Source of the DNA: Eledone cirrhosa
Lineage: Eukaryota
Direction: 5' to 3'
Assembly (NCBI GenBank): GCA_964016885.1
Contig: OZ024743.1
Location: 282,038,001-282,102,000 of the forward strand
DNA: 64,000 nucleotides
The translations under genes and the position numbers were made by a program. Of the stretch, positions 56,140 through 64,000 are shown in pieces. Below the pieces are notes generated by a model. That model had not been told where the DNA came from and made no database searches. It saw only the letters and a program-made list of their open reading frames with translations. The stretch's first letter is position 1; every line of letters starts with the position of its first letter.

Positions 56140-57285
56140 TTTGGTGGCTTTTCTTGTGGGCTTTCTCCACGAGCAACCCTCGGAGGTCTCCCCCCTTTTG
56201 GGAATTTTTCATTGTTTCCTTTTGTCACACTCTGTTTTTGTTTTTTTACACGCAGAAATGCCCATTTGTATTGTCCTGTGTTGTCCTTAATGTTATACTT
56301 TGTGTCAACCCTTGTGGTTAATAAACAAAGCATTATTATTATTGTTACTTGAAGAGGAAAATCAGGGTGGAGAGGCAAGTGCTGTTTTCTAGTAAGTTTG
56401 TTGAAAGGTGGGTGAAAGTGGCGAGTCTGGTCCGAGTGAACGGGCCCGCTCTGAGTATGCGCCTGTAGACTGAGGAGTGGGAAAACTGAGAGAGGGCGGT
56501 TGCCCTGGTGGTCAGGGTGGCCGTGGTCTTTTGTGTGGTTTTCGCCACGAGTGACCCTCGGAAGTTTCCCCCCTGTAGTGACCTACATTCCGCGGGCTCC
56601 TATACATTCTCCGTGCGTTATTTGGCTCAGCCCAGCCAATGACCGCCAGCGGAGGAGAATGTATCTCTAGGCGCCCTGAGGGAAAAATTCCCGCGTCGGC
56701 TCAGAAGATCTCTCTCTTGAACCTTGACAGCGCTAAGGTAAACAACTGCTTTTCTTTCGCCGTGTAATCACTGGCCAATATGTAACACAACAATTTAACC
56801 ACGGCCTGGCAACACTTCAGCCAGTAGACCGTGCCTTTCGGAAATCTTAATTCGTTTGTTTTATTTCTCTTGGGATGTCAGCTCTACTCAGCTCAACCTT
56901 TGTTAATAAATAATGTAAAACAAGCTAAAGTCGTTGTCGATATTCCTACCATATCTTTCTACCGAACTGGTTACTCATGGCGCTATAACTATTACATTAC
57001 TACTTCTATAACTCTACTAAACTGGTAATTATAATAGGACTACTACATCTATATAATACTGCTAAGACTGCGGAGTACATAAGTATGAAATGCTCCTTTA
57101 AAATATATGTACCTCAACCACACATTCCTGTTAAACCCCTATTGGGGAATTTTTTTTGTTATTTGAATTTTTTTGATATTTCTATCATGTTATAACCTTT
57201 TTTACACGGCCAAAACCCACATTGTATCATTCTCTGCCGTCTGTAATGTTTTTTTTTCATGTTAGCCCTTGTGGCCAATATGGGA
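56140..57285 (+). mobile_element. Two tandem 5'-truncated Tx1/L1 3' ends (family A 56140-56335; family B 56348-57285)
   Basis: Close matches to 51990-52178 and 62386-62950 respectively. Confidence 0.85.
56574..57135. mobile_element. Probable solo LTR inserted in the L1 3' UTR
   Basis: 562-bp block absent from the sister copy (about 62605). Starts TGTAGTG, contains AATAAA, and is flanked by an apparent 4-bp CCCC duplication; ends ...GTTAAA rather than CA. Confidence 0.6.
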
Positions 57286-57352
57286 TAATTGCTGGCCTTG
57301 TGCCAAAAGTAGAAACAATTATTATTATAATAAAGATATCATTATTATTATT

Positions 57353-60300
57353 GAAGGTGAAGCCACGCTTCTTATCGCCTCCAGTTTTTTTCAACAGTTT
57401 ATCTCGTTTTCAACCGTTCTAAACCTTTTATTCAAGTTTTAAACTTGATAAAAGTTTAGAAGTGACCCACCTAATACAGGGGTTCACTCGTAAATAACAC
57501 GGCACCCCTTTACGGGGTGTCGTATTATGTAAAAATATTATTTGAAAAAAATTTCTTTCATGGATAACATGGATAACACAAGAAAGAGAGCGAGCGCTGT
57601 CAGACAACACAGCGAAGGTAAATGTAAAAGAAAATATTACGAAGGAAAAGAGGAACAATATAATTTTTAATGATATTGTTACAGATTTAAAATTACCAAA
57701 TATTTCTAACACAAACAACACCAACAACATCAATAACAACAGCAACAACAAAAATAACAGCGGTAAGGTCGAGAACAACAATAACAATGACAATAACAAC
57801 AGCCACAACAACAATAATAGTAGAAACAGTATCAACAAAAACAACAACAACAACACCAACAACAGTACCAACGAAAACATCAACAATGACATCGATACCT
57901 GTAACAGCGCTCTCAGCACCACCAGTAAGACCAGTAGCGCAGCAATAGTGGTGCCGCTGAAAAGGGACCACCTCTTTTGCAGGTGTGGCCCGAAATATCG
58001 AAACAGTGTTAGTCACAGAGGAGGAGATGGCAGTCGCAGGGGCCATAGTGACAAGAAACGCCAATAGAGTTTCCCTGAAACCTCCACCCGATTTTTTTGA
58101 AGGACCAGCAGCTACGGACGCTGACTTACCGCACCGTAAGCAAAATGTCACATCGGGTGGAGAGAGCCACGGAGGCTCAAATCCAAAAGGCCTTGGGGTG
58201 CGTCTGTGCGCGCAAAACCCACATCACCCGAGGCAGAAAGTACGCCACAGTAGACGTACTTTTCAACCCCCCCCCCCCCCCCCCAAGAGGCGAAATCTCA
58301 CTCTTTGGAAACCTTAAAGAGTGAGGAGATAGTCTTGGTGCCCTCCTACTGCGGGCAGAAAATTGTGAGGGTCAAAGTGACCCAGGTCCCGCCCGACATG
58401 CCCATACCTTGGCTGGAATCGAGAAGACCACCATACTGCAAATACAGAGAATGGGATGAGAGAACTGGTCAGGAATACAGACTGGCCAGGAGTGCATCGA
58501 GGCCATTCCAGACATCATAGACCTCGAAGAAGGGCTCCAACTCCCTATATGCGTGGAAGGAAGGCGCCCAAAGTGCTATCTCTGTGGGCAGAAGGGTCAC
58601 CTCAGGGCTTTCTGCCCGCAGAAGACAGCCAAGAAGAAGGCCTCCCCCTCCTTCCGACGCCTGATCCACTACTACCGAGAGCAGGGCAGGCAATAGAGGC
58701 AGAAGAGGAGTAAAGGCTGCAAGGAGACTTGCAGCAACACTACCACCATCACCACCAACAACAACCACACCACCACCAGCATCACCAAAAACACCAACAT
58801 CGCAAACACAACAAAACACACACACCCAACACCAACAAAAAGAAAACAGCAACAAAATCACCCCTCCCCTCAAAAAGTACACAGCCATAAACATGGCAAA
58901 TAAAGAAATCATACAACATATAAAGCAGCACACAGGCATCACAGAAAAAAACTACTACACCCCACCAACATCAAGAACTCTCCCAACAAACATAAGCATC
59001 ATTGAAATTAAAATAGAACAGTACAAACTTTTAAAACAAAAAATTCCCCAACGCAGTTGGAGACTTCAGAGGGTCAGTTACCAAGAGGATATACACTGAC
59101 ATCCTCTTGGAAACACCCATGACCAGCTAAAGGGACGGTTCTACTGTCCATTCACCACATGATCAAGGTAAGTGACCCATTCTCACTTGCCCCGTTTCTC
59201 ATCCAACATAGCCGTACTCAGAATAGGCAATATAAATGTACGTGGCCTGGGGTCATCTTGGAAGCAGGGTCACCTGCTCAACGACCTCAGATCACTAAAC
59301 ATAGATGTGGTGGCCATCAGTGAGACCAGAATCTCCGAAGCACGAGCCTTCACACCGATCTTCGGCAGCTACGATGTATACGCATCTCCCAGCCGTCCAG
59401 GATCGGGGGGAGGGGTGGCAGTGCTTTTTCGGAGAGGCCTGGACGTGACCGGCAGCGAAGGCAATGCTTTCAGGCTAGTAGCCGTCTACGCCCCAACAGG
59501 AGCAGGATGGCCAGATTTCTTCAGACGTCTAGAGACCTTTCTTGGAACGTCCCGCTCTTTAGTGTTAGTGGGCGACTGGAACGGTATCTTAGATGCACGC
59601 TGGGATTATGTGGGGCTAGTAGATAAGGCAGGAGGGTGTAAAAGCCTCAACAACCTGCTCAGACGTTTTGAACTGTCTGACAGGTATAGATTGGATTATC
59701 CGAATGTGCCAATGTGGACATGGGCAAACCGCATCGGGTCAGCCAGATCGTATCTAGATAGGGTATTCTGTAGGGAAACTGATAAGGCTAGTATAGGTTG
59801 TCCACAATTTAAAGTAATCGACTACACGGACCACAAATTTGTGATCTGTGAAGTTGACTTAGATAGACTCCATAGGCAAGGGCCTGGTTACTGGAAGCTA
59901 AACACGTTGTTCCCTGTGCGCAAAGCTTACAGAGACCGGATTAGCGAATAGTTAAGCATGCATTGACGGGTGCGATCGTCAACAGCAGGTGGTGGTTTAC
60001 CCTGAAAATGGCTATTAGAGTAGAATCGATAAGGTTTAGCAAGGGAGTAGTGATAGAGGAAAATAGAGTAGAGGGAGAGTTAATTAGAAAGCTAGAAGAG
60101 GCGTTTAGGACAGGCATCGCAACCGACGTTCTTGCGGTGAGATTGGCACTCGACCAATTCTTCAACGCAAAGCATGAAGGCTGCGTTGTCAGAGCTAGAG
60201 AGCGTGCTCTAAGACACGAGGGGACGAAAGCCGTTTAATGGGCCCGGGTGGTGGAGGCGCGACGTGGCAGCAAGTCCACAATTCGGTCTTTGCCTGATCA

Positions 60301-62958
60301 AAACGAGTGCATGGGTGCGGCTTTTCAACAGCACTTTGCTCGATTGTTCGGAAGCAGCGGGCCAGATCGGAGTATGACTTTGGTGCATACCTCGACGGAC
60401 TGCCGTGGATCTCGACGACCGCAGCGCAGTGCTGCGAAAGGCCGATAACAGCCAATGAAATATGGGAAGCGATGTCTGACTGTACAAGGGGTAAATCGCC
60501 AGGTTTGGATAGTTTACCCTACGAGCTTAATGCATATATGCCAGACTTGTTTGGCGACCTCTTGGCAGATGTCTACTGTAACTGGCAGCAAAACAGAAGC
60601 ATTCCCAGTTTTGTGAGCCGGGGAGTGGTGGCGCTGCTGAGAAAAGACCCAAACAAAGGGGACGTTATAGACAACTTCAGGCCCATAACTCTGCTAAATG
60701 CAGAGTTTAAGATTTTGGCCAATGTGTTAGCAAAGAGGTTGGCGCTTGTCGTCGGTGATCTGGTGGGAGAGGCGCAGACATGCGCCATTCTGGACAGATC
60801 AATCCACGACAACCTCCCTCTCAACCTCCACATCATAAAGAGGGTGGTTAAGGAACCTGGCACGGGTGGGGCCCTGATCAACTTGGATCAATCTAAAGCA
60901 TTTGATAGGGTCGACCATCGGTACCTGGCTGCGGTCCTAAGGCGGCCGGCTTCGGGCCCGTTTTTAGGGGCTGGATCGCTGCGGTGCACAGCAACATCTG
61001 CTCAATTGTGAGGGTGAATGGTCACCTGTCACAACCTTTCAGCATCATGCGCTTGGTCCGCCAGGGTTGCCCCCTCTCGTCCTTCTTGTACGCACTGGCC
61101 CTCGAGCCGTTACTTCACAAGTTGGAGATGATGAGGGTGATCCCACGCGAACTGGGATGCGGGAGATTCGTGTCAGCTTACGCTGACGACGTCACCGTGG
61201 TGGTGTTGAGCACCAAACACGTCCAGATGCTCGGCACCGCTCTCAAGGAGTACAAAGCGGTGACAGGATCAAAGATAAACCAGGAAAAGTCGATGGACTT
61301 GCAACTCGGCACCTGGAGAGGCAAGTCCATGCCGCCCGACAGCGTCGTGCGGTGCTAGATGGAAGGACCGGTTAAATTGCTTGGGGTCTGGCTCGGTCCG
61401 GACCTCCAGATGGAAAAAAACTGGAGCGAGGTGACGAACAGGGTGGCCTCTTTCACCCAGAAATGGGCCGAGAGGAGGCTGTCTCTGAAAAGTCGGGCGG
61501 AGGTGGTGAATGCGCACATAACGTCCGTCATCTGCTACCGCCTGACCGTCGTACCTTGCCCCCACCCAGCTCTGACCAAAATGGAGCGCATTCTCTTCCG
61601 CTTTTTGTGGAAGGGACGAACTCCCATGGTCAGACGATCCATTTGCTGTCAACACCCGTTGCATGGAGGACTAGGCAGCCCGTGGCTGATGATACGCAAA
61701 CATGCGCTGAGGCTGCAACATCTCTGGTGCTCCTTGACTGTGAACAGGTGTGGTCGCGGGTTGCCAGACGCGCTTTTCCCCAGTTCGTCTCCTTGACGGA
61801 GCTGCAGTCCTGGAAAAGACTAAGGGATAGTGCTTGGAAGCTGGAATGTCTCCAAGCGCTCACCGCCCTCTACCAGCTGGGCACTAGTATTGGTGGAACA
61901 TCTACCTCGGTGTTCTATAGAGGGCTAGTGGAGGGAAAGAGCGACGACGTTCTCGGGGAGACCCTGGGCATCGAAGACGATCAGCTGTTCGCACTCTTCA
62001 AGAGAACTTTCAGACCGGGGCCTATGGACAACTTTCAGAAATCCCTGGCCTGGCTCTATAGGCACGGAGGTGCTGTCAGCCGAGCCTGTCCGAGATGTGC
62101 GCAGGGCAACAAAACCATGCTGCACGCACTCGTTCAGTGCCCGAGGATTGCTGACTTGTAGAGCTATGTCGAACAGCTGCTGTCGCGTGTAGGACGGATC
62201 CGGTTATCAACTGAGTCCATTGTGCAGAAAGCCCCGCCATCCTCCTTTAAAGAGGAGGAAGAGCAGGCAGTTTTCATCTGCCTGGTGACCATGGCGAAAG
62301 AGATTGTATGGTAAACAAGGTTGAAAGGGTTGAAGACGGACACTTACCTCTTCAGCGAATCTCTGATTAACTTTTTCAAGTTTCACTTGAAGAGGAAAAT
62401 CAGGGTGGAGAGGCAAGTGCTGTCTGCTAGCAAGTTTGTTGAAAGGTGGGTGAAAGTGGCGAGTCTGGTCCGAGTGAACGGGCCCGCTCTGAGTATGCGC
62501 CTGTAGACTGAGGAGTGGGAAAACTGAGAGAGGGCGCTTGCCCTGGTGGTCAGGGTGGCCGTGGTCTTTTGTGTGGTTTTCGCCACGAGTAACCCTCGGA
62601 GGTTTCCCCCCTATTGGGGAATTTTTCATTGTTTGAATTTTCATTTTTATTGTTTATATATATATATATATATATGTTTCTATGTCTTTTTTCTTTTTCT
62701 TTTCTTATATAAATAATAATTTCTAGTTTTGGCACAAGGCCAGCGATTACCCCAGTGCACCACTGGTACTTTATTTTATCGACCTCGTAAGGATGAAAGG
62801 CAAAGTTAACCTCGGCGGATTTGAACTCAGAACGCAAAGGGCCATAACTATTTGCGTTAAAATCTTTACACGCACAAAACCCACATCATACCGTCCTGTA
62901 CCGTCCTGTGCCGTCTGCAATGTTTTTCTTGATGTCAGCCCTTGTGGCCAATAAAGAA
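57353..62958 (+). mobile_element. Near full-length Tx1/L1 LINE family B (ORF1 + ORF2, disrupted)
   Basis: Asn/Thr-rich ORF1 with CCHC knuckle CYLCGQKGHLRAFC; ORF2 GNINVRGL...ISETR...GDWNG...YTDHK and RT AYADD; SINE inserted in the 3' UTR; (ATT)n on both sides. Confidence 0.93.
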
Positions 62959-62984
62959 ATTATTATTATTATTATTATTATTTC

Positions 62985-63650
62985 AACGCTTTTGTTCTGG
63001 CACTATACCAAAAGCGTGAGCCATAGTCAATGGCCTTTGAGTCATTCCTTCTCCGTCAACTTTCCAACACCCTTCTTAGAATTCTTGCTGTTCCCAGCAA
63101 GGCTGTTTTCTGCAACAATCCTGTCCTGATGGTAATTTTGAGCTTCTCAAGCCATGTATCCAACCTTCTACTCACTGCTCCCAGTGGGCCAACCCCAATC
63201 GGTACCACTTCTACATGTCTGATTCTCCACAGTTTCCTGATTTCTCTCTTCAGCTTCTAGTATTTCTCAACTTTCTCACTTTCCTTCTCATTCAACCTGT
63301 GGTCCCACGGTGAAGCAATAACCACAATATATGCCTTATTATTTTTCTTTTCTATGACAACAATGTCAGGTTTTCTAGCCATGACAGAATAGTCGCACTG
63401 GATGGTCATGTCTCACAAGATCTTATACTGTTCATTTTCAGCCACCCTTTCCGGTTGATGTTTATACCATTTCTCACTTCTGCTCATGTCATAATTATGT
63501 CAAACCTTCCAATCTAGATGTTGATGTGCCTTCTCTTGTACTCTTTCTGAACTAGCATCTTACATTCACTAATAATGTGGTTTATTGTCTCACCTTTCTC
63601 ACCACACAGCCTACAAAGTGGGGAATTGTTCACCCTATATTAATTTTTAT
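62985..63650 (-). mobile_element. Dong/R4-clade LINE 3' fragment
   Basis: Minus strand includes ARKPDIVVIEKK, VEVVPIGVGPLGAV and LQKTALLGTARILRRVLE. Confidence 0.8.
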
Positions 63651-64000
63651 TTGGAGTGTCTACTCTTCTAGATGGGATGCCTTCACTACAGTTTATGGAG
63701 TCCACGTCAGCACTATGAAGTCATTTTTAATCAGAGCCACTGTCATCCTTCACTGTGGCTTTTGGGGTCCTCGTCTGTCATGGTCAGTTGCTTTTTTTAA
63801 TCAGAGTCACTAGACAAGCTGCCTTCATTATGACTACAGGGTCCACATCTACCCTAGGGAGTCATTTATAATTGGAGTTTCTCCCATCCTAGATGATCTG
63901 CCTCAACATCTGCTCTCTGCAATCTTAATCTTACTATGCTTGGCGTGACTTCTCTCCTAGATACTTGTCTACACTGGGCAGCAACTGTCTGCAGAGGAGT

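Overview
AT-rich, repeat-dense eukaryotic DNA whose SINE/LINE repertoire suggests a cephalopod, probably Octopus (inference). Thirteen phase-compatible GT-AG exons on the minus strand (45412 to 650; 1771 nt, about 590 codons) encode the N-terminal macroglobulin domains of an alpha-2-macroglobulin/thioester-containing protein. Its first exon and 3' half were not found in the window. The introns and upstream region hold Tx1/L1, Dong/R4 and RTE LINE remnants, Penelope-like element (PLE) remnants, tRNA-derived SINEs, TTAA-flanked MITEs, LTR relics, a 3.5-kb (TA)n tract and a 200-N gap. The most notable signal is non-coding. A 4.1-kb array of 8.8 near-identical 468-bp units (31371-35496) carries one type-I hammerhead ribozyme per unit within a densely base-paired sequence, which fits a non-LTR retrozyme / circular-RNA-producing element. 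Three further unrelated hammerhead or hammerhead-like families sit in PLE-type inverted-repeat elements inserted in (TA)n (3996-4299, 8091-10191, and a 3.4-kb palindrome at 10395-13843), giving about 14 hammerhead motifs inside one gene. All structures were read by eye; none were computed or tested.
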